From positions 1 through 64,000 of IMG/VR virus record IMGVR_UViG_3300014834_000354: a stretch of 64,000 bases of DNA; one strand, 5' to 3'. Source of the stretch: a virus. The position numbers were made by a program, and so were the translations under genes. The notes under the pieces are model-generated. The model was not told the DNA's origin and made no database searches. It worked only from the letters and a program-made list of their open reading frames with translations. This document shows, piece after piece, positions 55,135 to 64,000 of the stretch (the first letter of the stretch is position 1; every line of letters begins with the position of its first letter).

Positions 55135-55768
55135 ACCTTAGGTCCTTTGCAAAATTCTTAATTTGAGTAACCCTGTAAGAGCGGTCGGCGTGAGAAATCA
55201 TTTTTACTGGTGGCCCAATTAGAGTAGTGCTAAGCATTAGAATTTCATCTTGAATCCATTGCCTAGAATAATAATCTGCCCTATTTGGGTCTTCAACAAA
55301 TGCTACATCATCATTGATCAAAAATAAAGCAACTCCTCCATATAACCACGATTGCATAGTCAGACATTTTCGAGAAAATGCTTCTGACCATTTTCGTAAT
55401 TCTTCTCTATATTCAGTTGGCAAAAATGCATTATACTCACTAGCCAATACTCGTTTCAACCATAAGTTAGTATATGCTGCAATGTCGAATAAAGATCTTT
55501 CAACAATGATTGTTTTATGTTTGAGTTTTGGATTGTCAAGAAGTTCGCCGTCATGATCTGCCTTTTGGCCAAGAATCTCCATTTGAAATTCAATCAGTTT
55601 TTCTGGTGTCTTGTAAGCTTCTTCCAATTTTGCGTATCCGAGCTTTTGCTGGACAAACCGTGAGACTTTGAAATCATCAATGTAAAAGTCTGGTTGGTTT
55701 TTAAGATCATTGACGGTGGTGCTTTTGCCCGTGCTGTGAGTACCACTGAATGCAATGATGTTTGACAT
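55124..55768 (-). CDS. P-loop kinase (NadR/AAA_28 or nucleotide-kinase-like)
   Basis: FSGTHSTGKST, IVERSLFD, EDPNR. Confidence 0.7.
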   Translation of the reverse strand: MSNIIAFSGTHSTGKSTTVNDLKNQPDFYIDDFKVSRFVQQKLGYAKLEEAYKTPEKLIEFQMEILGQKADHDGELLDNPKLKHKTIIVERSLFDIAAYTNLWLKRVLASEYNAFLPTEYREELRKWSEAFSRKCLTMQSWLYGGVALFLINDDVAFVEDPNRADYYSRQWIQDEILMLSTTLIGPPVKMISHADRSYRVTQIKNFAKDLRYAK

Positions 55769-55862
55769 TGGTTTGTCCCTTACAAGTATGGATTATTATG
55801 GGTTTGATTATACAACAGAATTTTCAAAAGGAGAACAATTTTTCTCCAAATTAGCATAAAAT

Positions 55863-55887
55863 AGCTGAGGCCTGACTGGCCTCAGCT
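55863..55887 (-). terminator. Intrinsic terminator
   Basis: AGCTGAGGCC-TGACT-GGCCTCAGCT. Confidence 0.7.
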
Positions 55888-55917
55888 TGTTTCATGTGCT
55901 ACAATAATAAGAAGTTA

Positions 55918-58110
55918 TCAGTTGATATCAGTTGACGAAAACGCAGGGAATGAGATTGTGGGTGAATTCAGGTATGTAGAACTTGGCTTGATCAACGTAA
56001 CCTGCGTCGTCAGATTCCCAGTTATTGACGTATTTATGGATGCATCTCTCTCATGAGAATACCTAACTTTAACAGTTATAACAAGTGTGTTATCTAGTTG
56101 TTTAACAGCCTTAGCAATAATACGATATCTGACTGGCAAACGAAGTGGATTTCCTGAAATGCCTCCTCCTTCTTGATAAGACTTGACTTCTAAAATATCC
56201 TCAAAACTCGATGATAGCCCATAATAACCATCCCGCTTTGGCATAATTCTAGACTTAGTCAAAATAAACTGAGGTTCCATACTATTTGGAGGAGGTGGGA
56301 TCAAGCTCTGCGAAATTGCGCCACCATAGTCTATTAAATTGTATCCAGAATATTGGTAATATTTTCCAACATCACCAGCTGAAGGCACAGTGTATAATAC
56401 ATTAAATGATCCTCTTTCGAAGAATGTATCAGTGTTAAATGCGCCAGCTATGTACGTGTCTCCAGCCAAAGATAAAGCATCAGCGAATGTAGAATTGGCG
56501 CCAGTGCTACCTGATTGAGCGAAGCTCTTGGAAATTTTAATTTTTCCGCCGGCATTAAAAAACGCATTTGATGCTGCAACAGACGCGAATGTTAATGTCA
56601 CTGTCAATTCTTTTGCATTTTCGCCGGGTGCCAATGCTGTCCATGAGATGGTCGAAGTTTGGCCGGGCCGTGGAAATTCACCAGCGACGGCTGTTGTGTA
56701 CGCGTTTGGTGCTGTTGAAAGATTTGAACTATTTTTAATAAGTGAATTTACCGCGTGTTCTGTTTTTTCATATTCTCTCATAAGAGTTAAAACACCACAA
56801 TTAATAGGCTGCGCAGCATTTGGCTCAACTATAAATCCCCTATTTGAAATATTTTCAAGTGCTTCAGCATTCCCTTGATGCCGAGCTATATTTTTAAATT
56901 TATCCAATAAATTGAGCCAACTGCCATTATTCACTGCCTGTTGTGTGTCTAATTCTATTTGACCATATCCATATGCTTGCGGCGTAATTACCACATCTGT
57001 AGATGTTACTGTTTTACCAGTGTCTTCGGCCAGAGAATCCATTCTCATTAAAAACTTAACGCTAGTGTCGCCTGGCGCAAGATAATAGCTCTCATTTGTC
57101 AGAGTAGATGTATCAAAATCCTGCGTGTATCTTATGACATTTTTTGTTATTCTGATGCAATCCATCAATCCATAAAATGGGAATAAATCTCTTAACAGTG
57201 TATCGTTTTGTGTAAGATAACGCCCAATATAAAGATTGGCTGTTGAGTTTGGTGGAGTCCAGCCTGTTTTTTCAGCAACAAGTTTTCCATTTAAGAAAAT
57301 TGCTACGCCATCAGCTGCGGTCGAGAAAGTTACAGCTATGTGGTTCCATTCATCCAATTTAACAGTATCAAATTCACGGGATTCTAAATAAGTTTGATAA
57401 GTGCCTTCAGAGAACACAACTGATCCATTTTTAGTTATGGCTACTACCCAATCTTTAGAAGCGCCCTGTTCAATTAGGTTCATAGATGTTATAGTTTTTG
57501 GACAAACCCATAGCTCGATTGTTCCGGACGTATATGTGCTTAAGTTTAAATCTGAGTTTCCAGTAACTGTTATTAATGATGTTCTGCCATTAAAACTTGC
57601 TGCCCTATCAGTTACATCAGTTGGCGAACCAGCAATTAGGTTGTAATTCGCGACCATCATATTATATTCTTCTGGGCCAGCGACGACGACAGGAGTTGCA
57701 AAGGATTTCCAGCTTCCGCCTTGATACATGGTCATTGCTGAATTTGCGGTATTATACCACAACATACCTTCAAATGATCTATTCACTGGTGGTGCGCTTG
57801 AGTCTACATACACGGAATTAACTGGTTTCCATGTTGAATCGGAATCATAAATTTTGATTGCATTTAGCGTCGTATCAAACCAAAGCTGCCCTGAAGTTGG
57901 CGCAATTGGCGCAATGTTGCTTGCAAAATTTTCGAGCATCCTAACAAAATTTTCTTGCTGGCCTTCGCCATACCTCGGCGCACCTTTACCAAACAATACC
58001 AATGAACACCTTGATGTTCCGGAAGTAGTTCCTGGTTCTAAAGTAACTTTTGGGGTAAGCGTGATAGTTTGCTTCGTACTGGATGACCAGTTCAGAATAT
58101 ATTCTTGCAT
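55918..58110 (-). CDS. Virion structural (baseplate/fibre-like) protein with a LamG domain
   Basis: LFGKG...YGE..QENF..MLENFA..P..GQLWFD head; central LamG; late promoter upstream. Confidence 0.75.
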   Translation of the reverse strand: MQEYILNWSSSTKQTITLTPKVTLEPGTTSGTSRCSLVLFGKGAPRYGEGQQENFVRMLENFASNIAPIAPTSGQLWFDTTLNAIKIYDSDSTWKPVNSVYVDSSAPPVNRSFEGMLWYNTANSAMTMYQGGSWKSFATPVVVAGPEEYNMMVANYNLIAGSPTDVTDRAASFNGRTSLITVTGNSDLNLSTYTSGTIELWVCPKTITSMNLIEQGASKDWVVAITKNGSVVFSEGTYQTYLESREFDTVKLDEWNHIAVTFSTAADGVAIFLNGKLVAEKTGWTPPNSTANLYIGRYLTQNDTLLRDLFPFYGLMDCIRITKNVIRYTQDFDTSTLTNESYYLAPGDTSVKFLMRMDSLAEDTGKTVTSTDVVITPQAYGYGQIELDTQQAVNNGSWLNLLDKFKNIARHQGNAEALENISNRGFIVEPNAAQPINCGVLTLMREYEKTEHAVNSLIKNSSNLSTAPNAYTTAVAGEFPRPGQTSTISWTALAPGENAKELTVTLTFASVAASNAFFNAGGKIKISKSFAQSGSTGANSTFADALSLAGDTYIAGAFNTDTFFERGSFNVLYTVPSAGDVGKYYQYSGYNLIDYGGAISQSLIPPPPNSMEPQFILTKSRIMPKRDGYYGLSSSFEDILEVKSYQEGGGISGNPLRLPVRYRIIAKAVKQLDNTLVITVKVRYSHERDASINTSITGNLTTQVTLIKPSSTYLNSPTISFPAFSSTDIN

Positions 58111-58188
58111 TATATCTCCTAATGTCTGCTGGCTCAGACAGATGTTATAACTTTATGTGATACCAGTATTTTCACGTAAAGTTTATCA

Positions 58189-58196
58189 TATTTATA
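58189..58196 (-). promoter_or_regulatory. T4-type late promoter TATAAATA
   Basis: Exact match just after the PhoH terminator. Confidence 0.65.
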
Positions 58197-58199
58197 AAA

Positions 58200-58224
58200 A
58201 AGGCCCTAGTATTACTAGGGCCTT
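58200..58224 (-). terminator. Intrinsic terminator after phoH
   Basis: AAGGCCCTAGT-ATT-ACTAGGGCCTT plus a U-run. Confidence 0.75.
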
Positions 58225-58254
58225 AAGCGTGATAAACACTAAGCAGTTAATAAA

Positions 58255-59037
58255 TTACAACTCTACCCCTCCATATAAGGTTTTACGATCTGCTTGTGGT
58301 CGCGCTGGACCTGGACCATCGAGGTGCGTCAGGATTGTTGTGATTATTGGATTTCTAACAATATCGGCTCGGTCAAACGTGCAGACCATGATGCTTGGGT
58401 CAATGCCAGTTAACCGCTCTGAAAGCCATGACAACGAATTCTCATTTTTATGAGAAGGTAAATCGGATTGGGAAGGATCGCCATTAATTGCAAATGTAGA
58501 ATCATAACCAATACGAGTGATGAACATGCGGAGCTGTTCACGTGTTGCATTCTGAGCTTCATCTAAAATAACGAAACAATTATTGAAACCGCGGCCTCGC
58601 ATATATGCTAATGGCGCAATTTCTATTTTACCGGCATCCATTAATTTTTTGGTCATGGTTGGGCCGATGTGATCTTGAATGCTATCGATTAAGGGTAAAA
58701 GATAAGGATGGAGTTTTTCTTCCATGGTACCAGGAAGGAAACCTAGATGTTCGCCGGCTTCGACGACAGGGCGTGATAAAACAATTTTGGAGACTTGATT
58801 TGAGAGGAGTTTTTCCAGGGCGAGAGCGGTAACTAGAAAAGTCTTACCAGAGCCTGCTGGACCTAAACATATGGTGATTGTCGACTCGCGGAGTGCATCA
58901 ATATAAAACTCCTGAGCGGCATTTTTTGGCTGTATTTTATGTTTTATGAATATTTCTTTTTCTGCTATTGGCTGCGGATATTTTTGTTTTGGTGTCCGCA
59001 GTGGTGTCGCTTTTGCCTTTGTTGCAGATCTTGCCAT
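58255..59037 (-). CDS. phoH: PhoH-family ATPase
   Basis: GPAGSGKT, RPVVEAGEHLGFLPG, AYMRGR, ILDEAQN, GDPSQSD. Confidence 0.95.
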   Translation of the reverse strand: MARSATKAKATPLRTPKQKYPQPIAEKEIFIKHKIQPKNAAQEFYIDALRESTITICLGPAGSGKTFLVTALALEKLLSNQVSKIVLSRPVVEAGEHLGFLPGTMEEKLHPYLLPLIDSIQDHIGPTMTKKLMDAGKIEIAPLAYMRGRGFNNCFVILDEAQNATREQLRMFITRIGYDSTFAINGDPSQSDLPSHKNENSLSWLSERLTGIDPSIMVCTFDRADIVRNPIITTILTHLDGPGPARPQADRKTLYGGVEL

Positions 59038-59146
59038 TTTAATGTCCTTCTCGTATAAAGGTTCAGAGTTGAAAATGATCTAAGAACTTAGACTAATATA
59101 AAACTTTTATTACCTCCTTTCAAAAATGGTTTATCTAATTTGAAGC

Positions 59147-59509
59147 TCAGTCTTGTTTTCTTAGAACATACTTAATCCAATCAAGAACTTCCATCTGTTC
59201 TTCATCTTTAGACAAAGATGCAAATGGTTCACCGGCATACAAGCTGGCATAAAGCCATTGTACTAATTCGAGTAGTTCTGATTGATTGAGATTTTTGACG
59301 GCATTAAGAGTTTCTTCCGTTGGTGGATGTTCTCTTAATTCATGAATGGCAACGGCTGGACGATATTTGAAGAAATGAACAAGATTTGCGATAAGCTGTG
59401 TTTGAGCCGTATTTGTTAATTTGCCAGCATTGATGACTTCTTTTAGAATCATGTAAATCTCAATTGGGATGAGACTTTCGAATACTGGAGTGATTTGTGA
59501 TAGTTTCAT
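59147..59509 (-). CDS. Hypothetical late protein
   Basis: MKLSQI...FE-S N-terminus; TATAAATA at 59546-59553. Confidence 0.6.
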   Translation of the reverse strand: MKLSQITPVFESLIPIEIYMILKEVINAGKLTNTAQTQLIANLVHFFKYRPAVAIHELREHPPTEETLNAVKNLNQSELLELVQWLYASLYAGEPFASLSKDEEQMEVLDWIKYVLRKQD

Positions 59510-59545
59510 ATTATTATATATGGTTAAATTGTTTATATACGATTT

Positions 59546-59616
59546 TATTTATAAGATTTTTTTCAAAGACAGTTTATGATTTACAACTTTTTACTTAACT
59601 TTTGATGCTATAAATA
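59546..59616. promoter_or_regulatory. Divergent pair of late promoters (minus 59546-59553, plus 59609-59616)
   Basis: Two exact TATAAATA, each facing a gene start. Confidence 0.6.
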
Positions 59617-59639
59617 ATCAATTTAGGAGGTATACTCAT

Positions 59640-59834
59640 ATGGATAATTCAGAATTTGATAAAATAGATTCCTCTCGTTGGGAAAGTATGTCTGTTAATG
59701 AATTGATTGAACAGAAATCAATAATATTGAACAGATACTTTTATCTCTCTTCAAGAGGAGTTCCTTATGCTCAAACTTTAAGTTCTGGTATTACTAAACT
59801 AGATAACTTAATTAATTCAAAAATCAACGCGTAG
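59640..59834 (+). CDS. Hypothetical late protein
   Basis: AGGAGGT Shine-Dalgarno and late promoter. Confidence 0.65.
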   Translation: MDNSEFDKIDSSRWESMSVNELIEQKSIILNRYFYLSSRGVPYAQTLSSGITKLDNLINSKINA

Positions 59835-60504
59835 CTTTTACCTTTTTTGGAATTTTCACAACTGTGCTTTCTGGCGGAGCAAAGTGGTCAGCAACAACAT
59901 CGCATAGACCAAACTTTTTACATTCCTGCGGTGTTAACCAACGATCAGATGGCGCGAGCAAAATATCTTTAATTTGTTTCTCAGTCATAGATGAGTGAGT
60001 CATGAAATATTTGACAAACTGGTGCTCCAGCTGCACGTGTCTTTTTTGTCCTGCGACTAATTCGTGATGTTTTCCTTCAAGGTATGAATAAAACTGGTGC
60101 GCCATAATTGCTGAGTTCTTTGTTAATACTCGACGGCCTTTTGTTCCTGCGGCCAGAATCAACAGAGCCATTGATGCAATTAGACCAACACCAACAGTTT
60201 GAATTGGCAATCTTGACGTTTCCATTACATCAATTATTGCAAAACCATCAGTAACATGTCCACCTGGACTATTGATAAAAAGATTTAACACATATGAATC
60301 CGGAAGAAGCATATTTGCCTTAAGCAAGAATTCTATTGCAAACAACGATGTGGATTCTGAAATTTCACCAAACAACATATGTGAACCGAGGGCCTGAATA
60401 GAAAAATTATCCATTGGCAATAAACTTAAACCTCCGGCACCAGCTTGGTCATCTGAATTATCCGAAGAGTTGTCCAGCTGTTTGATTGATTTCAATGATT
60501 TCAT
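59824..60504 (-). CDS. clpP: ClpP-family protease
   Basis: INSPGG, GLIASMA (Ser), IMAHQ (His), DRWL (Asp). Confidence 0.85.
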   Translation of the reverse strand: MKSLKSIKQLDNSSDNSDDQAGAGGLSLLPMDNFSIQALGSHMLFGEISESTSLFAIEFLLKANMLLPDSYVLNLFINSPGGHVTDGFAIIDVMETSRLPIQTVGVGLIASMALLILAAGTKGRRVLTKNSAIMAHQFYSYLEGKHHELVAGQKRHVQLEHQFVKYFMTHSSMTEKQIKDILLAPSDRWLTPQECKKFGLCDVVADHFAPPESTVVKIPKKVKATR

Positions 60505-60631
60505 ATTTTTTATGTCCTAATATTATGATGGATTTTATTAATACTGTCAAAACATAATTAATTTTGATTATAAGTATTTACAATTCGCAACTACGCCAAT
60601 TTTGAATCTACTCTATAACCAAATAATAATT

Positions 60632-61765
60632 TCACTCAATTTCCCCAATGCTTTGTAAAAGATTCAACTGCTTTAAACTAAATTTTTCTTTTAACAGATA
60701 CTTGATAAAAAATTGTTTAAAATTAGCTTCTTTGCCAGAAAACATGGTCATCATTAAACCAAACTCGGCGCAATTTTTATGCTTAATTGCAAAATCTTTA
60801 CGTTCAAGATGTTTATCTTTTTCAACAAGCTCAGAAACTCTTGATACAAGATGTCTCAAATCCGATAAGACATGAGATTCAATTTCTAAAATTTGCGCAA
60901 TATCAACGCCTTCACCAACTAGAGTGGATTTTACATCGTCGAGTTCTTCATTAAGGGCCATCTCAGCAACATCACGCTCGCGCATGAATGTCATAACATG
61001 GTGACGTTTTAAATACCAATCGGTTTTTAATTTTACCATATCACCATTTTCAAATTGAACAATCCACCCTTCTATTCCCTCAACAGTTTTCGCAAGCTCA
61101 ATAAGATGCTCTCCAAGCTTTTCAGCCGGAACATTAAATGTTGGTTCAGTCACAGCAGAAATATTGAACTCCTTAACTAAGGAGGTAATTGTTTCTTTAT
61201 CGAGATATTCGCCAGTCATATTATTTCGAATATGTAAAAGACGTAATTCTTCTTGCGGATAATAAACAACAATCCGCGCAGTCGGAGAGGTCCACTCGAA
61301 AATAGCCGTGCAATTCCGTTCTACTATACGAGAACAAAATTTCCGCGTATTTTCACCAGCAGCTGAATTGAGCCAATCTGTTGCAGCTAACGCCACATCC
61401 GAATTAAATGATTTTTTGGATTTTAATCTTACGCCATTTTCGTTAGCAACAGTGTGAATCATAGAACCATCAAGCTTATCCATGACTCTAACAACTTTTG
61501 TCCAATCGAGGGCGTGTAGCTGTGTTTGTTCACGTTCATTAACATTGAAAAACTTATGCAATGGCCGAGCGACCACAGCGCCAGATTTATTATTGAACAC
61601 AATCCCACGGCATTCCCTGGCCCAAGCCGTATTAAATGTATCTGGCGCAGAAATCATATAACAGAATGAAGTTAAATCATCGCCAATGACCATCTCACGA
61701 ATTTCTTCTTGATGACAAATATGCGACTTAAACTCATCAATATGAGTAATATTTGGGAATTGCAT
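60632..61765 (-). CDS. rnlA: RNA ligase 1 (T4 RnlA-like)
   Basis: RECRG, KFFN, KLDGSMI, FEWTSP, EGWIV, KLKTDWY. Confidence 0.88.
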   Translation of the reverse strand: MQFPNITHIDEFKSHICHQEEIREMVIGDDLTSFCYMISAPDTFNTAWARECRGIVFNNKSGAVVARPLHKFFNVNEREQTQLHALDWTKVVRVMDKLDGSMIHTVANENGVRLKSKKSFNSDVALAATDWLNSAAGENTRKFCSRIVERNCTAIFEWTSPTARIVVYYPQEELRLLHIRNNMTGEYLDKETITSLVKEFNISAVTEPTFNVPAEKLGEHLIELAKTVEGIEGWIVQFENGDMVKLKTDWYLKRHHVMTFMRERDVAEMALNEELDDVKSTLVGEGVDIAQILEIESHVLSDLRHLVSRVSELVEKDKHLERKDFAIKHKNCAEFGLMMTMFSGKEANFKQFFIKYLLKEKFSLKQLNLLQSIGEIE

Positions 61766-61798
61766 TGTTGATCCAGTATTAATTTAAAATATGATAAA

Positions 61799-61825
61799 TT
61801 CAGCGGGGCAAAAAACCCCGCTGAA
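61799..61825 (-). terminator. Intrinsic terminator-like hairpin
   Basis: TTCAGCGGGG-CAAAAAA-CCCCGCTGAA. Confidence 0.65.
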
Positions 61826-61833
61826 TCTGATGA

Positions 61834-62019
61834 TTACAGATAGCCTAAAACCAAGCCCACGGTTGCTGCGACATTTACGAACAAAACTGCCACGGTAGCA
61901 AATAACACTCGCTTAACTGAAGTGAGTACTTTATCTTGATCAAGATTTTTTTGATCATAGGCTGAAACGAACGCTTTGAATTCATCTGCAGTAAAAATGT
62001 TAGAATTCATAATCTTCAT
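61834..62019 (-). CDS. Small C-terminally anchored membrane protein
   Basis: Hydrophobic C-terminus; AGGAG Shine-Dalgarno. Confidence 0.6.
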   Translation of the reverse strand: MKIMNSNIFTADEFKAFVSAYDQKNLDQDKVLTSVKRVLFATVAVLFVNVAATVGLVLGYL

Positions 62020-62100
62020 TATGTATTATCTCCTATAGTGTTAATAAAATCCAATTAATATTATAACATATTGCGCAAATAATATTGGATTTTACGTTAA

Positions 62101-62697
62101 TCAATTGTCAAGCTGTTGATCTTTTAATATCTGTGCATTGTACTGAGCTGCGTAGAATTTATCTTTTGCGATTGCTTCTTCTCCGGCCGGAAATCTGCCT
62201 TTAAGAACATCTGTCGCATATTGAAATGCCCATTCCGCGTCTTTAGCAATCGCAGCTTCACCTTCTGGAAATCGGCCCCTAATAACAAATTTTGCATATC
62301 TGAATGCCCATCTTGGGTCTTTAGCAATTGCAGCTTCGCCTTGTGGGAACCTTTTTCTTAAAAGAACATCTTTTGCGTAGTGATATGAATAATATGCATC
62401 TTTAGCAATTGCTGCTTCACCTTCCGGAAATTTATCGTGAAGCACTTCCTCCGCGTAATAATACGAGAGTTTTGTATCTTTTGCAATTGCTGCTTCACCG
62501 GCTTGGAACGGTTTCTTTAGAACACGTCTGGCGTACTTATATGCATACTCGCCATCTTTAGCAATTGCTGCTTCACGCTTCTTCAATTCTTCAGGATCAT
62601 TTTCATATTTGTCCCAAAATAATTTTGGGACCACATCATGCGCCTCATGATAATGCGATAGTTCTTCTGGATTAGCATGCAATTTATACAGGTTCAT
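62101..62697 (-). CDS. Helical repeat protein (six ~26-aa repeats)
   Basis: FPxGEAAIAKDxxxAxxYAxxVLxxR repeats. Confidence 0.8.
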   Translation of the reverse strand: MNLYKLHANPEELSHYHEAHDVVPKLFWDKYENDPEELKKREAAIAKDGEYAYKYARRVLKKPFQAGEAAIAKDTKLSYYYAEEVLHDKFPEGEAAIAKDAYYSYHYAKDVLLRKRFPQGEAAIAKDPRWAFRYAKFVIRGRFPEGEAAIAKDAEWAFQYATDVLKGRFPAGEEAIAKDKFYAAQYNAQILKDQQLDN

Positions 62698-62709
62698 GAT
62701 TCAATCATT

Positions 62710-62934
62710 TTACTTTTTCTGATCATCCTCTGAATCATCATCATAATCATCGAAGTCGTCATAGTCGTCTTCTAATTCATCGCTTTTAAGCTGATTTAAA
62801 TATCTCTTAAAATTGATTTTCTGATGACGTTTTGCTTGATGATCATCAAATTCGCCGTGACTGCGTTTTTTACCCTTCTTTTTAGAGTGTTTTTCTACAC
62901 GTGAATTTTTAATGTAAAGATCCTCTTTTGACAT
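62710..62934 (-). CDS. Hypothetical charged protein
   Basis: Basic N-terminal half, acidic tail. Confidence 0.55.
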   Translation of the reverse strand: MSKEDLYIKNSRVEKHSKKKGKKRSHGEFDDHQAKRHQKINFKRYLNQLKSDELEDDYDDFDDYDDDSEDDQKK

Positions 62935-62938
62935 AATC

Positions 62939-63166
62939 CTATTTCTCAATTAAGTTAATGAAAGTTTTGAAGCTAAGTTTTTCTTCTTCTGTTATATTTA
63001 ACATTTTCTTTAACGTACCGGTGGCGTACGCCCATTTGCGTGAAGAATCTTTCTTTCTTGGAAATTTTTCTTCAGCTCCTTTTTTAGCTTTAAGCCATAA
63101 GTCTTCAACTTCTTTTTCTGACTTATCGGCTCGTTCTGCAAAAGATTTTATGATGGCTGCTGGCAT
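62939..63166 (-). CDS. Hypothetical small protein (start corrected to MPAA)
   Basis: EDLWLKAK...WAYATGTLKKML; ends ITE...SFKTFI. Confidence 0.6.
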   Translation of the reverse strand: MPAAIIKSFAERADKSEKEVEDLWLKAKKGAEEKFPRKKDSSRKWAYATGTLKKMLNITEEEKLSFKTFINLIEK

Positions 63167-63176
63167 GATATTAATA

Positions 63177-63998
63177 TTATACATTAGTTTTGGCTATTTT
63201 AACCTTCATTTCTGTAGGTTTAATTTCACCTTTGGTGTTTCTGATTTCGATAACATATGTAGTAAATTCATTCCATAGCTTTATCTTTAATTGTTTTGAA
63301 GAAGTATGTGGATAAGAAATTTCTGATACGCATAAATCTTTTAATAAAATATCATGCACAAAATCTTTATCCATCTTCAAAACTTTAAAATTCGTACCAT
63401 TATGTCTAACGTAAAGATAATTAAATCCCCATGAATTAGTCATAAAATCATAAAAGGCACTATCTACTGGAATTTTCCTAACAGTGTTATCTACTACAGG
63501 CTTCATTTCTTTTTCATCTCTGTAAGCTTTAAGCCCCTTAGAGAAGTTTGAAAAATTGACGCCTATTTCACGGAGCATTTCATAAAGTGAATTTGATTTA
63601 TTTACTTCTAAATGCTCCGTGAATAAACGATTCATGCCAATGTTTGCAAATGTATCACCGGTTTGATTCTTAATGGAGAGGTAGAGTCGGTTTCCATTTT
63701 GCAATTCTATTATAATATCAGCTACAACTTCACCAATTTTTTCAGCCGGAATGTTGGCTCTTGAGGTTGAACCGGATCTTTTTCTTATTTCTTTAATCTG
63801 AGAAATATCAAAATCCTGGACAACTTTTCCTAGAGCTTCAAATAAGTTCTTAGCTTCTTCAACTTTCTTACTTTTAACTGGTTCCTTTATATACTTCTTA
63901 AGTTTTGAAAATAATTCATTTTCAAAAACTTCACCTTCATTTGCACCTTTTATGACAACTATATCATACTTTTTATCAGCTTTATCAAAAGAAACACT
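63177..63998 (-). CDS. PD-(D/E)xK restriction-endonuclease-fold protein, 5' end outside the window
   Basis: Frame open to the window edge; GEVFE...VADIII...YLSIK motif. Confidence 0.55.
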   Translation of the reverse strand, partial: SVSFDKADKKYDIVVIKGANEGEVFENELFSKLKKYIKEPVKSKKVEEAKNLFEALGKVVQDFDISQIKEIRKRSGSTSRANIPAEKIGEVVADIIIELQNGNRLYLSIKNQTGDTFANIGMNRLFTEHLEVNKSNSLYEMLREIGVNFSNFSKGLKAYRDEKEMKPVVDNTVRKIPVDSAFYDFMTNSWGFNYLYVRHNGTNFKVLKMDKDFVHDILLKDLCVSEISYPHTSSKQLKIKLWNEFTTYVIEIRNTKGEIKPTEMKVKIAKTNV

Positions 63999-64000
63999 TA

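Noticed and set aside
1-64000. Alternative genetic code (stop-codon reassignment)
   Set aside because: Conserved genes (helicase, aceA, phoH, Rnl1) are full length in the standard code, and TAA, TAG and TGA all end genes at sensible positions.
1-64000. tRNA or rRNA genes
   Set aside because: No T-loop/cloverleaf signature seen by eye in the short intergenic gaps; a tRNAscan run would be definitive.

Overview
A 64-kb segment of an AT-rich, T4-superfamily-related jumbo phage genome (myovirus-like by inference). Almost all genes are on the minus strand. T4-type late promoters (TATAAATA) precede structural genes, and sigma70-type early promoters (TTTACA-N17-TATAAT) precede the small-gene region. 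From left to right: (1) a late cluster of probable prohead/internal-head proteins, including a large KxDG ligase-fold protein; (2) a tail-fibre/appendage module with LamG domains, paralogous small structural proteins and shared docking-like modules; (3) gp41-like helicase, gp61-like primase and a zincin-VWA protein; (4) a ~15-kb hypervariable array of ~45 small ORFs, about 24 of them paralogues built as MN-x-x-I/L-KEL / variable / EKFAELIVxxC / variable / IKxHFGVE, joined by a junction that doubles as the next gene's ribosome-binding site; the array also holds an M17 aminopeptidase, an ATP-grasp protein and an inverted late ADP-ribosyltransferase-like gene; (5) MoxR/CobS AAA ATPase, an intact isocitrate lyase (aceA), RNase H, a probable sliding clamp, and a family-B DNA polymerase fractured by a naturally split intein with a free-standing endonuclease between the halves; (6) DsbA-like protein, DEDDh exonuclease, P-loop kinase, virion protein, PhoH, ClpP, RNA ligase 1 and a repeat protein. 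No tRNA, rRNA, CRISPR array, integrase or reverse transcriptase was seen. All family calls come from reading motifs by eye; no database search was run.
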